Assembly (NCBI GenBank): GCA_018971365.1
Contig: JAGXAZ010000001.1
Coordinates: forward strand, 1 to 43,862
Length of the DNA stretch: 43,862 bases
Reading direction: 5' to 3'
DNA from: Gammaproteobacteria bacterium
Lineage (GTDB): Bacteria > Pseudomonadota > Gammaproteobacteria > Natronospirales > REEB76
A program made the position numbers and the translations under genes. The notes beneath the pieces were generated by a model. The model did not search any database, had not been told where the DNA came from, and was given only the letters and a program-made list of their open reading frames with translations. Every line of letters starts with the position of its first letter. The stretch's first letter is position 1. Below, in pieces: positions 1-10,502 of this stretch.

Positions 1-827
1 TGCGGAATGTTGTTGGTAAAGCAGTACACCGTTTCCTGGTAGGAATCATTCCATTGCAGCGCGATCTCGACCGTAATCCGATCGCGCTCGGCCACAAAGT
101 GAAATTCGCCCGGATGGATCGCGGTCTTGTTGCGATTGAGATACTGCACAAACGCGCGAATCCCGCCCTGATACTCGAAGATTTCGTGCTTGTCGGCGCG
201 CTGATCGTTCAGAAGAATACGCACCCCGGAATTCAGGAATGACAGCTCCTGCAGACGACGCGCCAACGTTTCATAGTTGAACTGGATGTGCGTAAAAACC
301 CTGGAGCTGGGTTTGAAGCGGATTTCCGTGCCCGTGCCCTGGGCATCACCGATGATTTTCAGCGCGTAGGCAGGATCACCGTTGCGGTATTCCTGCTCGT
401 GCAATTTCCCGTCGCGCTTGACCAATAGGTGCAAGTGTTCGGACAACGCGTTAACCACAGATACGCCGACGCCGTGCAACCCGCCGGCGACTTTGTAAGA
501 GTTGTCGTCGAATTTTCCGCCCGCATGCAGAACCGTCATGATGACTTCAGCCGCGGAACGGTGTTCTTCCTTGTGCACATCCACGGGGATGCCACGGCCA
601 TTGTCTACGACGGTAACCGATTCATCCTCGTGAATTGTTACGGAAATCTCAGTGCAATAGCCTGCCAATGCTTCATCGATGGAGTTATCCACAACCTCGA
701 ACACCATGTGGTGGAGGCCGGTCCCATCATCGGTGTCCCCAATGTACATCCCGGGCCGCTTTCGGACAGCATCGAGCCCTCGTAAGACCTTGATATTATT
801 GGAATCGTAACGCTTTGTATTAGACAT
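1..827 (-). CDS. gyrB: DNA gyrase subunit B, N-terminal part (the gene runs off the left edge)
   Basis: Minus-strand translation from the ATG at 827 reads [58 protein letters not shown], the canonical GyrB GHKL-ATPase N-terminus. It follows recF, as expected in a dnaA-dnaN-recF-gyrB cluster. Confidence 0.93.
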   Translation of the reverse strand, partial: MSNTKRYDSNNIKVLRGLDAVRKRPGMYIGDTDDGTGLHHMVFEVVDNSIDEALAGYCTEISVTIHEDESVTVVDNGRGIPVDVHKEEHRSAAEVIMTVLHAGGKFDDNSYKVAGGLHGVGVSVVNALSEHLHLLVKRDGKLHEQEYRNGDPAYALKIIGDAQGTGTEIRFKPSSRVFTHIQFNYETLARRLQELSFLNSGVRILLNDQRADKHEIFEYQGGIRAFVQYLNRNKTAIHPGEFHFVAERDRITVEIALQWNDSYQETVYCFTNNIP

Positions 828-853
828 AAGATTAGGCATCAACGGAAAAATAA

Positions 854-1924
854 TTATACCACCCTGTGGCAATCACCCTGTTTCACGTGAAACACAGCGC
901 CAGCGGCTTCGTTCAGTGTGTCTAATGATTCTATGGCGGTCATTATCACTTGAGTCCCAACCTCATCGATCCTCTGCAGTAATCGTTTCAAATGGTCGGT
1001 ATCAAGCTCTGCTGCCAAATCATCCACCAGAAGTGTGCATGAAAGCCCGCTTTCACGTTGATAGAAATCCGCCTGAGCAAGCAGAAAGGCAGCTGCCAAA
1101 ACCTTTTCTTGCCCTCGTGAGATCGCATTCTGAGCTGGCTGGCCATTCACACGAATGACGATGTCAGCGCGGTGCGGCCCTATATGCGTAACCCCAAACT
1201 CTCGATCCTTTTTGGCCCACATCTGCAGGGCCTCCGCAAACGGTATCCCCATCGGCCATCCGCGGCGGTATTCGACCGACACAGAAACGCTATCCAGTGA
1301 CTGTTCCGCAAACTCTAGTACATGCGGGCAAAGGTCCTGGAAGTACCGTTGCCTGATCTCGCTGAGCTCTTCGCCATGTTTGACTAGTTCAACGTCCCAA
1401 ACTGCAACTTCGGCGCCTGACCGGGTTGCTTTCAACAAAATGTTCCGCTGTCGGAGAGCTTGGCGATAGCTATGCCATGTGCGGTAGAAACGACGCTCCA
1501 CGTGAAACGTGCCCCAGTCCAAAAACTGCCTACGGTACTTCGGCCCCCCATTGATCAGCTGATTTGCCTGGCCATCGAGAAGCTGGACAGGGAAAACAGA
1601 TGCTAGTTGATTTAAGCCTTTAACGACCTTACCGGCGATATTTACCTCCAAGTGGCCATCCTGCCTGGCAAGACTGATTTCCATAGGCAAGGGCTGGCTG
1701 ATGGCTTGCGCGGTCAAAAGAAACCCTGCGCAGCCTTGCTGAACAGTAGCATCGAGATGTGCTGTCCGGAAGGATCGCCCTCGGCTCAAGATATAAAGCG
1801 CTTCCAAAATACTAGTCTTGCCTGAGGCATTCTTCCCCTCGATTACATTCAGGTGGGGCGAGAGATTCAGGTCAACAGCGGCAAAACAACGGAACTGCCG
1901 TAACGACAGACTTTGCAGGCCCAT
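854..1924 (-). CDS. recF: DNA replication and repair protein RecF
   Basis: 356-aa ORF with N-terminus LSLRQFRCF...[17 protein letters not shown] (Walker A) and a C-terminal [11 protein letters not shown] Walker B-like motif. It sits between dnaN and gyrB. Confidence 0.93.
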   Translation of the reverse strand: MGLQSLSLRQFRCFAAVDLNLSPHLNVIEGKNASGKTSILEALYILSRGRSFRTAHLDATVQQGCAGFLLTAQAISQPLPMEISLARQDGHLEVNIAGKVVKGLNQLASVFPVQLLDGQANQLINGGPKYRRQFLDWGTFHVERRFYRTWHSYRQALRQRNILLKATRSGAEVAVWDVELVKHGEELSEIRQRYFQDLCPHVLEFAEQSLDSVSVSVEYRRGWPMGIPFAEALQMWAKKDREFGVTHIGPHRADIVIRVNGQPAQNAISRGQEKVLAAAFLLAQADFYQRESGLSCTLLVDDLAAELDTDHLKRLLQRIDEVGTQVIMTAIESLDTLNEAAGAVFHVKQGDCHRVV

Positions 1925-1936
1925 AATGACCTTCAG

Positions 1937-3037
1937 TCATAGCCGCATTGGCATGACCACGTAACGGCAAAGATCGTTTTCTGGCGCACTTATGAGACAG
2001 CTGTTATTGGCATCGGTAAGAGTAATCTGCACGCGATCTTGATCCAGCGCCGATAGAGCCTCCAGAAGATACGTCACGTTGAACCCAATCTCGAGATCCC
2101 CACCTTGATACTGGATTTCAATTTCGTCTTCTGCTTCTTCCTGCTCAGGGTTATGCGCCAGTATCTTGAGGTTTCTGGCCGCAAGTTGCAGACGGACACC
2201 CCTGTATTTCTCGTTTGAGAGGATTGAGGCCCGATGCAGTGCTTCATAAAGTTCAGCGCGACTTGCATTTAATATCTTATCTCCACCTTTTGGCACCACA
2301 CGTTCATATTCCGGGAAACGGCCGTCAATCAGCTTCGATGTGAGCCGAATCCCTGTCATTGTGACCCGAATGTGGTTAGGACCAAGGTCAATTGAAACTT
2401 CTTCATCGCGATCACTCATCAGCCTTTGCAGCTCAAGTACACTCTTGCGAGGAATGATGACCTGCTGCATGCCATTTCCGCCAAATGTTGCTTTGAGATC
2501 ACACAAAGCCAGTCTGTGCCCGTCGGTGGCGACTGCCCGCAATTGCTGCTCAGCAACTTCCAAGAGCAGACCATTCAGGTAATAGCGTACATCCTGCTGC
2601 GCCATTGAAAATGCTGTCCTGGTAAACAAATCGCGCAGTTTCGCCTGCGCCACGCGAAAACTGCGTTGCGCCTTAATGTCTTCGACGAGCGGAAAATCGG
2701 CAGCCGGTAGTGTCGCCAGACTAAAGCGGCTACGACCAGAACGCAGGGTTAATTTGCCCTTATCGAGCGCAACCATAACCATCACACCCTCCGGCAGCGC
2801 CCTACAAATATCGAGCAACTTACGAGCCGGAACGGTTACTTCACCTTTTTCCTTGACATCCACATTTGCGGTTGCAACCAGTTCAACCTCCGTATCAGTG
2901 GCCGTGACAGCCAAACCAACATCACTTGCGGTGAACAAAAGATTCGCCAAAATCGGCATCGTCTGACGGCGCTCTACAACCCCCGCAACAGCTTGCACCG
3001 GCGCAAGAAGCGTTTCCCGAAGGGTTTCAAATTTCAT
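1937..3037 (-). CDS. dnaN: DNA polymerase III beta sliding clamp
   Basis: 366-aa ORF, MKFETLRETLLAPVQAVAGVVERRQTMPILANLLF ... CRYVVMPMRL. Both termini are typical of a beta clamp, and it lies directly downstream of dnaA. Confidence 0.95.
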   Translation of the reverse strand: MKFETLRETLLAPVQAVAGVVERRQTMPILANLLFTASDVGLAVTATDTEVELVATANVDVKEKGEVTVPARKLLDICRALPEGVMVMVALDKGKLTLRSGRSRFSLATLPAADFPLVEDIKAQRSFRVAQAKLRDLFTRTAFSMAQQDVRYYLNGLLLEVAEQQLRAVATDGHRLALCDLKATFGGNGMQQVIIPRKSVLELQRLMSDRDEEVSIDLGPNHIRVTMTGIRLTSKLIDGRFPEYERVVPKGGDKILNASRAELYEALHRASILSNEKYRGVRLQLAARNLKILAHNPEQEEAEDEIEIQYQGGDLEIGFNVTYLLEALSALDQDRVQITLTDANNSCLISAPENDLCRYVVMPMRL

Positions 3038-3260
3038 TTATTCACCAATTTGGTTGTACATGACTAAATTGTTTTAGAACAGTTTGTAATCTTATATTAG
3101 TCTGCGCAAAACGGTGGATACTGCATATTTTCCTTTATTCTCATTAACATGCCTGCTTTGAAAACTGTGTGTACACTAGATGAATGACATGGAGCAACAT
3201 GTTGATGAAACGCGAATAGACATTGAGTGGCGTATGATTCACAGTTTATCCACAAGTCCA
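3038..3260. other. Candidate oriC: AT-rich dnaA-dnaN spacer containing DnaA boxes
   Basis: This 223-bp non-coding spacer is roughly 32-42% GC by hand count, in a genome of about 65% GC. It has a perfect DnaA box TTATCCACA at 3246-3254, TTATTCACC (8/9) at 3039-3047 and GTATCCACC (minus strand, 7/9) near 3111-3121, plus long A/T runs that could act as an unwinding element. Confidence 0.5.
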
Positions 3261-4583
3261 TCAGGCCGTCAGTGTCCTGACCAAAGTTTGATAGTCTTCG
3301 TTGATGCGAGCGTCCGATTGCCTTAGCTCGTGTACCTTACGACAGGCATGCAAGACAGTGGTGTGATCTCTGCTTCCAAAAGCATCGCCAATTTCCGGCA
3401 AGCTGTGCGTAGTAAGCTCTTTTGCCAAGCACATTGCGACTTGTCGCGGTCTGGCAATCGAGCGGCTACGCCGTTTCGAAAGCATATCTCCCACGCGAAC
3501 GTGGAAATAATCAGCCACGGTTTTCTGGATGTTATCCAGCGTAATCAGCCTCTCCTGGCGTGCCAGGATGTCTTTAAGCCACTCTTGGGTGCTTTCCAGA
3601 GTAATGGCCTGACCAGTGAACTGTGCATTTGCTGTGACTCTGCGCAGCGCGCCTTCCAACTCACGAATGTTAGAACTGATGCGCTGAGCAATGAAAAACG
3701 CGACTTCACTGGGCAATATCACGTTTTCACATACGGCTTTTTGCATCAAGATGGCTACTCGGGTTTCAAGCTCAGGCGGCTCTATGGGTACGGTTAAGCC
3801 CCAGCCAAAGCGCGATTTGAGCCGTTCTTCCAACCCCTCAACTTCCTTGGGATAGCGGTCACAGGTCAGAATTACCTGCTGTTGACCTTCGAGTAACGCA
3901 TTGAAAGTATGGAAGAATTCTTCTTGGGATCGTTCTTTACCGACGAAAAACTGGATATCGTCAATGAGCAGGGCGTCCAGCGTACGGTATTGGCGTTTAA
4001 ATTCGTTGATGGTGTTATGCTGGAGTGCGCGCACCATGTCGTTCACGAAGCGCTCGGAGTGGACGTACGCAATGCGTGCCTGCGGCCACCGCTTCTGGAT
4101 CAGCTGGCCCACGCTTTGCATAAGATGGGTCTTACCCAGACCAACACCACCATAGATGAAGAGGGGGTTATAGGCGCGGCCTGGGTTTTCGGCTACCTGC
4201 CGTGCTGCCGCCAACGCAAACTGGTTCGATTTACCCTCAACAAAGGTTTCAAAAGTATAAGCGGTACTTAGACCACTGCCGGGGGTAGCAATCAGACCGG
4301 TACCGCCAGCCGCAAGCACAGTTTCTACGGGCTGGACTTCCCGTGCCGCACCTACTTCGAGCAGGACTTGGCGGTTACGATCCTCGGCCAGCTCCCTGGC
4401 CAGCTTGGAGATACGGGGCAGGAACCGATCCCGCACCCAGTCCATGACAAATCGGTTAGGCGCCAGCAGGCGCAAGGTTTCGGCATCCTCCTGAACGTGT
4501 AGCGGCCGGATCCAGGTATTGAGCTCTTGTTCGGTAAGCTCGTGCTCCAAATGATCCATACACCGCGTCCATAGCGATGCCAT
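3261..4583 (-). CDS. dnaA: Chromosomal replication initiator protein DnaA
   Basis: Contains AAA+ Walker [11 protein letters not shown], a DDIQF box and a C-terminal DNA-binding signature ([12 protein letters not shown]). The ORF opens at TTG 4589. ATG 4583 ([16 protein letters not shown]...) has a GGGAG Shine-Dalgarno sequence about 8 nt upstream and matches typical DnaA N-termini. Confidence 0.93.
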   Translation of the reverse strand: MASLWTRCMDHLEHELTEQELNTWIRPLHVQEDAETLRLLAPNRFVMDWVRDRFLPRISKLARELAEDRNRQVLLEVGAAREVQPVETVLAAGGTGLIATPGSGLSTAYTFETFVEGKSNQFALAAARQVAENPGRAYNPLFIYGGVGLGKTHLMQSVGQLIQKRWPQARIAYVHSERFVNDMVRALQHNTINEFKRQYRTLDALLIDDIQFFVGKERSQEEFFHTFNALLEGQQQVILTCDRYPKEVEGLEERLKSRFGWGLTVPIEPPELETRVAILMQKAVCENVILPSEVAFFIAQRISSNIRELEGALRRVTANAQFTGQAITLESTQEWLKDILARQERLITLDNIQKTVADYFHVRVGDMLSKRRSRSIARPRQVAMCLAKELTTHSLPEIGDAFGSRDHTTVLHACRKVHELRQSDARINEDYQTLVRTLTA

Positions 4584-4682
4584 GCGCAAACTCCCGGTGG
4601 CTGCAAGGTGATACGTTCTAATTCAGCAGCGCGCGAGAACGCTGCCGCAAGAGGCAAGGGAGTCTATACCGGTTGCCAGTGG

Positions 4683-4691
4683 TTATCCACA
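4683..4691 (+). promoter_or_regulatory. Consensus DnaA box in the dnaA/rpmH divergent promoter region
   Basis: Exact TTATCCACA lies about 95 nt upstream of the dnaA start. This placement is consistent with DnaA autoregulation, but it is a single box in GC-normal DNA. Confidence 0.45.
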
Positions 4692-4806
4692 GACACAAGC
4701 GGCAGGCATGCACAGTCATCATGTTGACAGCAAGCCTGAGCATCCGTTTAATATCGCGCCTTTATCTGCGGCCCGCTCTAAGGGCACATCCAGCCGGAAC
4801 CACGCC

Positions 4807-4941
4807 ATGAAAAGAACCTATCAGCCCAGCAAGCTGCACCGAAAGCGCACTCACGGTTTTCGTGCACGCATGGCCACCAAGCGCGGTCGTCAGGTGCTGA
4901 GCGCCCGTCGCGCCAAAGGCCGGGCCAGCCTCTGCCCATAG
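4807..4941 (+). CDS. rpmH: 50S ribosomal protein L34
   Basis: [44 protein letters not shown], 44 aa, the classic L34 sequence. The 77-aa tracked ORF includes a spurious 5' extension. Confidence 0.96.
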   Translation: MKRTYQPSKLHRKRTHGFRARMATKRGRQVLSARRAKGRASLCP

Positions 4942-5300
4942 GTCAGGCGACTGCCGGGTTTCCGGTCACAGTACGGCTACGGACCCCGGCCGAATTCAGC
5001 CGGGTATTCAAACACGGCCGGTTTACCAGCGATGGGTGTTTCCGCGTTTACGTGCATCCCAACGGACCGATAGCGCGGCTGGGGATCAGTGTGGCGCGCT
5101 CCGCGGTGGCTGGTGCCGTGGCCCGCAACCGCCTAAAGCGCCAAATCCGGGCCAGCTTTCTTGCACGGCGCCCCACATTGCCGGCGGTGGACATTGTGGT
5201 GCAGGTCAAGGCGCGTGCCTCCGGGGCGAGTAAGCCCGAACTACGCGCCAGTCTGGAATGGCATTGGCAGGCAATGGCAAAGCGATGCGCAGCGTCCTGA
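4932..5300 (+). CDS. rnpA: Ribonuclease P protein component (start codon unresolved)
   Basis: The frame is open from 4782. It translates as ...[65 protein letters not shown]..., which contains the RNR motif and the N-terminal FP..RL...EF..VF block typical of RnpA. The first canonical start is GTG 5052. Upstream of the conserved block only CTG 4932 and ATA 4938 are available. Confidence 0.8.
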   Translation: MPIGQATAGFPVTVRLRTPAEFSRVFKHGRFTSDGCFRVYVHPNGPIARLGISVARSAVAGAVARNRLKRQIRASFLARRPTLPAVDIVVQVKARASGASKPELRASLEWHWQAMAKRCAAS

Positions 5301-5515
5301 TTCTTCTTATCCGCGGATATCGCTATTTTTTGAGCCCGCTGCTTGGCCGCCACTGCCGCTTTGAGCCTTCCTGCTCGGCATACGCCCTTGAGGCGATCCA
5401 GCGTTTTGGCGCATTACGCGGCACCTGGCTGGCCCTGTGGCGTCTGCTGCGCTGCCATCCATTGCATCCCGGTGGTTACGATCCCGTGCCCGAACTGAAG
5501 CGTCACCATGGATAA
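5285..5515 (+). CDS. yidD: Membrane protein insertion efficiency factor YidD
   Basis: [69 protein letters not shown] matches the YidD signature and sits in the conserved position between rnpA and yidC. An alternative start exists at 5258. Confidence 0.9.
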   Translation: MRSVLILLIRGYRYFLSPLLGRHCRFEPSCSAYALEAIQRFGALRGTWLALWRLLRCHPLHPGGYDPVPELKRHHG

Positions 5516-7244
5516 CCGCCGGCTGTTCCTGTTCGCGGTGCTGATTCTGGTGGCGTTCCTGATTTATCAGGCCTGGATGCAGGACTACGGCCAGAAACCG
5601 CCGCCGACCGCGCCCGCCGCTGCGGCTACGACTGCGCCTTCGGCCGCGACGGCCGCACGCCCGCAGATTCCCGCGGCTCCCGGCGCAGCGCCAGCCGCAG
5701 CTACCAACGCGGCCAAAACTGCTGTGGCCCCGGTAGGCGAAATCCGCGTGCAGGCAGCTGGCGAGCCGATTTCGGTGCGCACCGATCTGCTCGCGGTCAC
5801 CATCAATACCGCAGGCGGCGAGCTCCGCAGCGTGGAGCTGCTCGCCTACCCGCAAGAGTTGCATCAACCGGCGCGCGTGAACGTGCTGGATCCGGATCCT
5901 GCGAATCTGCTGGTAGCGCAGTCGGGATTGCAGACGCATTCCGGGCCGGCGGCGCCCGGCGACAGTGCGCTCTACACAACGAACCAAACCCAGTATCAAC
6001 TCACGCCCGGACAAAAAACGCTCGAAGTGGTGCTTGGCTGGAAAAGTCCGGTAGGACTCACGGTCGACAAGATCTACACCTTCACGCGCGGCAGTTACCA
6101 GATTGATCTGCGCTATGAAGTGCATAACGGCTCCGCGCAGTCCTGGAGTGGCGCTGCCTATGCGCAGTTCGCGAGCCGCTACAATATCAATCTGCCGCAC
6201 GGCTTTTTCGCCAGCATGTTCAGCGTGCATCGCTACGATTACCAGCGCATGGCCCTGGATGGCAGCGGCGGCTATCAGCAATTCGAATTCAAGGACCTGG
6301 CCGACAAGCCCGTGAACCTCACCAGCCCTGGAGGCTGGACCGCGGTGGTCACGCATTATTTCCTGACCGCCGTGATCCCCGGGGAACACAACACCAGCAA
6401 TCTCTACTACACGCAGTCACTCGGTGACGAGCGTTATCTGGTCGGCACTATCGGCAGCCTTAAAACCGTGGCGCCCGGTAGCAGTGCGAGCTTCAGCGAC
6501 CGGTTTTACGTCGGCCCCAAGCTGCAAATCCTGCTGCCGAAAGTGGCGCCGGGGCTGCAGCTTACGGTGGATTACGGCAAATTCACCATCATCGCGGAGC
6601 CGCTGTTCAAGCTCCTGAACTTTTTGCACGGTCTGGTGGGCAACTGGGGCTGGGCCATCATTCTGCTCACGGTGCTGGTCAAGCTGGTGTTTTTCCCGCT
6701 CAATCACGTGGCGTTCCGCTCCATGGCCAAGATGCGCGCCGTGCAACCGCGCCTCAAGGCGCTGCAGGAGCGCTACAAGGACGACAAGCAGAAACTCGCG
6801 CAGGCACAGATGGAGTTCTACAAGAAGGAAAAGATCAACCCACTGGGCGGCTGTCTGCCGATGATCATCCAGCTGCCGATCTTCTTTGCCTTGTATTATG
6901 TGCTGGTGTACAGCGTGGAGCTGCGCCAGCAGCCGTGGGTCCTGTGGATCCACGATCTCTCGGCGCCGGATCCGTACTTCATCCTGCCGATAATCTACGG
7001 CTTGGTGTATTTCCTGCAGGCGCACGTCCAGCCGCAGATCACCGCCGACAAGATGCAGCAGCGCCTGTTCAAGTTCATGCCGTTGATCTTCGTGGCGTTC
7101 TACGCGGTCTTCCCCTCGGGCCTGGTGCTGTACTACCTGCCGAATTCGATCCTCACCATTGCCCAGCAATGGTGGATCAACCGCGCGTATGACGCCGCAG
7201 GCAAGCGCCGCCAGAAGGACAAGGCACTCAAAGGCAAGAAATAG
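5508..7244 (+). CDS. yidC: Membrane protein insertase YidC
   Basis: 578 aa with an N-terminal TM segment, a large periplasmic domain and a C-terminal 60-kDa insertase core ([19 protein letters not shown]...[18 protein letters not shown]...[17 protein letters not shown]). Confidence 0.95.
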   Translation: MDNRRLFLFAVLILVAFLIYQAWMQDYGQKPPPTAPAAAATTAPSAATAARPQIPAAPGAAPAAATNAAKTAVAPVGEIRVQAAGEPISVRTDLLAVTINTAGGELRSVELLAYPQELHQPARVNVLDPDPANLLVAQSGLQTHSGPAAPGDSALYTTNQTQYQLTPGQKTLEVVLGWKSPVGLTVDKIYTFTRGSYQIDLRYEVHNGSAQSWSGAAYAQFASRYNINLPHGFFASMFSVHRYDYQRMALDGSGGYQQFEFKDLADKPVNLTSPGGWTAVVTHYFLTAVIPGEHNTSNLYYTQSLGDERYLVGTIGSLKTVAPGSSASFSDRFYVGPKLQILLPKVAPGLQLTVDYGKFTIIAEPLFKLLNFLHGLVGNWGWAIILLTVLVKLVFFPLNHVAFRSMAKMRAVQPRLKALQERYKDDKQKLAQAQMEFYKKEKINPLGGCLPMIIQLPIFFALYYVLVYSVELRQQPWVLWIHDLSAPDPYFILPIIYGLVYFLQAHVQPQITADKMQQRLFKFMPLIFVAFYAVFPSGLVLYYLPNSILTIAQQWWINRAYDAAGKRRQKDKALKGKK

Positions 7245-7253
7245 CCCGCGCTT

Positions 7254-8474
7254 TCAGCCTTGCAGGCTGGTTTCAATGTGCACTTCCGATTCCAGCGTCC
7301 GGTGTACCGGGCACTTGTCCGCGATTTCCAGCAGACGCTGGCGCTGCTCCGCGCTCAAGGCGCCCTGCAATTCAATGCTGCGCGTGAAACGATCAATCTT
7401 GCCTTGCCTGGTTTCGCATTCGGCACAATCGCTGGCGTGAATTTTGTCGTGCGTCAGGCGTACCCGCACGCCGTCGAGCGGCCATTGTTTGCGATCCGCG
7501 TACATGCGCAGAGTGATGGCGGTGCAGGCGCCGAGCGCAGCGCAGAGGTAGCCATAGGGCGAAGGCCCGCTGTCCGTGCCACCCATGTCGCGCGGTTCGT
7601 CAGCCACCAGCGCGTGGGCACCGGCGTAGAGTTCAGTGTGGTACCGGTCGCGCTGGATGCTGGCGACCACTTCGCCCTCGGCGGCTGGGCTTACGGCCGG
7701 CGGCAGGCCGAGTTCGCCCAGGTACTTGCTGGCCCAGGCGGCGAGCAGCAGACCCACGTATTCCGAATCCTCGCGCCGCGACAGCAGGTGATCGGCGCCG
7801 GATAGCGACACGAAGCTCTTGGGATGCAGCGCTGCGGCGAATATCAGGCCGGCGTTGCTGATGTTCACGAGCGCGTCGGTGGGCGAGTGGAAAATCAGCA
7901 GCGGCTTGCGCAGTGTGCGAATGTTCTCCTGCCAATGCTGATTCTTGAGGTCGTCGAGAAATGCCTTCTTGAAGTGCAGCTTGCGACCCGCGAGCAGCAC
8001 GTCGGCCTCGCCGTGCTGCTCGATGACCTGGCGTGCCGCACCCAGCAGATTGGCCACGTGCTCGGGATTGGCCGGTGCGGCCACCGTGGCCACCGCGATG
8101 CAGCTGGGAATCCGGTGTGCCGCTTCCAGCACCGCCGTGCCGCCGAGCGAATGGCCGACCAGAATCTTGGGCGCCTGGTAATTCTGTTCCAGGAATTTCG
8201 CCGCCTGCACCAGATCGGAGATGTTGCTGCTGAGCGTGGTGTCGGCAAACTCGCCGGCACTTTGGCCAAGGCCGGTGAAGTCGAAACGCAGTACCGCGAT
8301 GCCCCGGGTGCAGAGCGCCCGGCAGATGTCCACCGCGGCGCGCACGTCCTTGCCGCAGGTGAAGCAGTGCGCATAGAGCGCCCAGGCGCGCGGCGCGCCG
8401 TACGCGGGCAGTTCCAGGCGTCCGGCCAGCATCTGGCCGGCCATGTTGGGGAAGGCAACGGCTTGAACCGACAT
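7254..8474 (-). CDS. Bifunctional alpha/beta hydrolase / OsmC-family protein
   Basis: The N-terminal half has the nucleophile elbow GHSLGG. The C-terminal ~140 aa resemble OsmC/Ohr (GPSPYGYLCAALGACTAITLRMYA...KCPVHRTL). ATG 8474 is preceded by AAGGAG. Confidence 0.8.
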   Translation of the reverse strand: MSVQAVAFPNMAGQMLAGRLELPAYGAPRAWALYAHCFTCGKDVRAAVDICRALCTRGIAVLRFDFTGLGQSAGEFADTTLSSNISDLVQAAKFLEQNYQAPKILVGHSLGGTAVLEAAHRIPSCIAVATVAAPANPEHVANLLGAARQVIEQHGEADVLLAGRKLHFKKAFLDDLKNQHWQENIRTLRKPLLIFHSPTDALVNISNAGLIFAAALHPKSFVSLSGADHLLSRREDSEYVGLLLAAWASKYLGELGLPPAVSPAAEGEVVASIQRDRYHTELYAGAHALVADEPRDMGGTDSGPSPYGYLCAALGACTAITLRMYADRKQWPLDGVRVRLTHDKIHASDCAECETRQGKIDRFTRSIELQGALSAEQRQRLLEIADKCPVHRTLESEVHIETSLQG

Positions 8475-8531
8475 GATTTTCTCCTTCTGGGACGCAGCCG
8501 CCATTGCGCGCGGACTTAAACTGATTCTCCC

Positions 8532-9893
8532 ATGAAAGATAACGTGCCGCCCGCTACCGACACCATCGTCGCCATCGCCACGCCACCGGGCCGCGGCGGT
8601 GTCGGCATCGTGCGCGCATCCGGTCCGGCGGTACGGGCGATTGCCACCACACTGTTTGGCCGCGTGCCCTCACCGCGGCGTGCGGAATTCAAACACTTTG
8701 CGGACAGCCGCGGCGCGGAACTGGACAGCGGCCTGGCGCTGTTCTTCCCGGCACCACATTCCTTCACCGGCGAAGATGTACTGGAGCTGCACGCGCACGG
8801 CGGGCCGGTTGTGCTGGCACTGCTGCTCACGCGCGTGTGCGAACTGGGCGCGCGCCTTGCGCGACCCGGGGAATTTTCCCAGCGTGCCTTTCTGAACGAC
8901 AAGCTGGATCTGGTACAGGCCGAGGCGATTGCCGACCTCATCGACAGCGGTAGCGAGCAGGCGGCGCGTGCGGCGTTGCGCTCCCTGCGCGGCGAGTTTT
9001 CTGCGCGCGTGCTCGCATTGGTGGAAGCGCTCATCGCGTTGCGCAGCTACGTGGAAGCGGCGCTGGATTTTCCCGACGAAGAACTGGATTTCCTGAGCGA
9101 CGGCAAAGTGGCGGAACGTTTGCGCGACATCTGCGCGCGTCTGGATGTGCTGCTCGGCGCTGCCAACCGGGGCAGTCTGTTGCGCGAAGGCTTGACGGTG
9201 GCGATCGCCGGCCGGCCGAATGCCGGCAAATCCAGTCTGCTGAATCGTCTGGCCGGCTATGACGCCGCCATCGTCACGGAAATACCCGGCACCACCCGCG
9301 ACCTGCTGCGGGAGCATATTCATCTGGACGGCTTGCCGCTGCACGTGATTGATACCGCCGGATTGCGCGAGAGCGGCGATGCGGTGGAGCAGGAAGGCGT
9401 GCGCCGTGCCTGGGAGGCGATCGCCTCCGCAGACCGCGTACTGCTGGTGGTGGATGATACGCAGGGCTTGACCGCCGAGGATCAGCGGATTCTGGAGCAG
9501 CTGCCGGCGAAACTGCCGGTGACCGTGATCTGCAACAAGATTGATCTCAGCGGTCGGCCGCCGCAGTGCGCGGACCAGGGCCGGCCGGCACAGCTTGCGC
9601 TGTCAGCCAGGACCGGCGCAGGGTTGGACCTGCTGCGCGCGCATCTCAAGCACACCGTAGGCTTTGAGTCGGTTGGCGAAGACGGTTTTCTCGCGCGCCG
9701 CCGTCATGTGGATGCCCTGGAACGCGCACACCATCACCTGCAGCTTGCCGGGCAGCGTTTCACCGAGCGTACCGGCGAATTGCTGGCGGAGGAGCTGCGG
9801 CTGGCTCAGCAGACGCTCGGTGAAATTACCGGCGAGTTCAGCAGCGAGGATTTGCTCGGCCGGATTTTCTCGAGTTTTTGTATCGGCAAATAA
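8532..9893 (+). CDS. mnmE: tRNA modification GTPase MnmE
   Basis: [23 protein letters not shown]-terminus, G domain [12 protein letters not shown]...DTAGLR...NKIDL, and the terminal FCIGK motif. Confidence 0.95.
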   Translation: MKDNVPPATDTIVAIATPPGRGGVGIVRASGPAVRAIATTLFGRVPSPRRAEFKHFADSRGAELDSGLALFFPAPHSFTGEDVLELHAHGGPVVLALLLTRVCELGARLARPGEFSQRAFLNDKLDLVQAEAIADLIDSGSEQAARAALRSLRGEFSARVLALVEALIALRSYVEAALDFPDEELDFLSDGKVAERLRDICARLDVLLGAANRGSLLREGLTVAIAGRPNAGKSSLLNRLAGYDAAIVTEIPGTTRDLLREHIHLDGLPLHVIDTAGLRESGDAVEQEGVRRAWEAIASADRVLLVVDDTQGLTAEDQRILEQLPAKLPVTVICNKIDLSGRPPQCADQGRPAQLALSARTGAGLDLLRAHLKHTVGFESVGEDGFLARRRHVDALERAHHHLQLAGQRFTERTGELLAEELRLAQQTLGEITGEFSSEDLLGRIFSSFCIGK

Positions 9894-9902
9894 GCATGCC
9901 GC

Positions 9903-10418
9903 TCAGGGCTTGAATGGGTGCAGGCGCAGCGGACCGGTCTGGGGATGCCAAACCGAGTTTTGGATTGACTGCGGCGTGGGCGCGCTGAGCAGCGGCCGTC
10001 GGTGATGATGGTGGAAGTGGAAGCGCTCGCATGGCCAGCAGACCGGTACGACATAGGCGAACTCTTGGGTGTCGGGTGCTGACGTCGGGACGGGCGCCGG
10101 TACCGGTTGGCTCTGCTCCCAAGCGAGATATTCCTGGTATTGCAGTTGTGCCTGTTGGTCGAGAACGTTTTGGTACCACTGATTGATGCTGGCAATCCAG
10201 GCCTGATCGGCGGCCTCGGCCTGGGGATCCGGCGGCGGGAAATCGGGGAGTGTCAGGCGCGTCATCGCCGGCTGGGCCTCGGCCGGAGCCATGTCGCTGT
10301 AATGCACCACGCCCTGGCCGTCCACCCATTTGTAGATGTGTACATTGCCGGCTGTGGCGGCACCTGCGAACAGCATGGTCGCTGCGGCAATCCATATGCT
10401 GACGTTCAGTTTGCCCAT
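9903..10418 (-). CDS. DUF4124-like secreted protein with a His/Cys-rich C-terminus
   Basis: Signal peptide MGKLNVSIWIAAATMLFAGAATA, followed by IYKWVDGQGVVHYSD (DUF4124 signature). The C-terminal region contains CWPCERFHFHHHH. Confidence 0.7.
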   Translation of the reverse strand: MGKLNVSIWIAAATMLFAGAATAGNVHIYKWVDGQGVVHYSDMAPAEAQPAMTRLTLPDFPPPDPQAEAADQAWIASINQWYQNVLDQQAQLQYQEYLAWEQSQPVPAPVPTSAPDTQEFAYVVPVCWPCERFHFHHHHRRPLLSAPTPQSIQNSVWHPQTGPLRLHPFKP

Positions 10419-10502
10419 GATCCTGTCCTGCAACCCCCGGCTTCAGTAAGTATAAGCCCGCAGCGAAAGCCCGGGGTTGCATGAAGAACAGTTAATCCGG
10501 CC

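Noticed and set aside
5307-6389. 360-aa minus-strand ORF
   Set aside because: It lies entirely antisense to yidC. It is Arg/Gly/Ala-rich with no recognisable motifs, which is the typical shadow ORF produced by GC3-rich coding sequence on the opposite strand.
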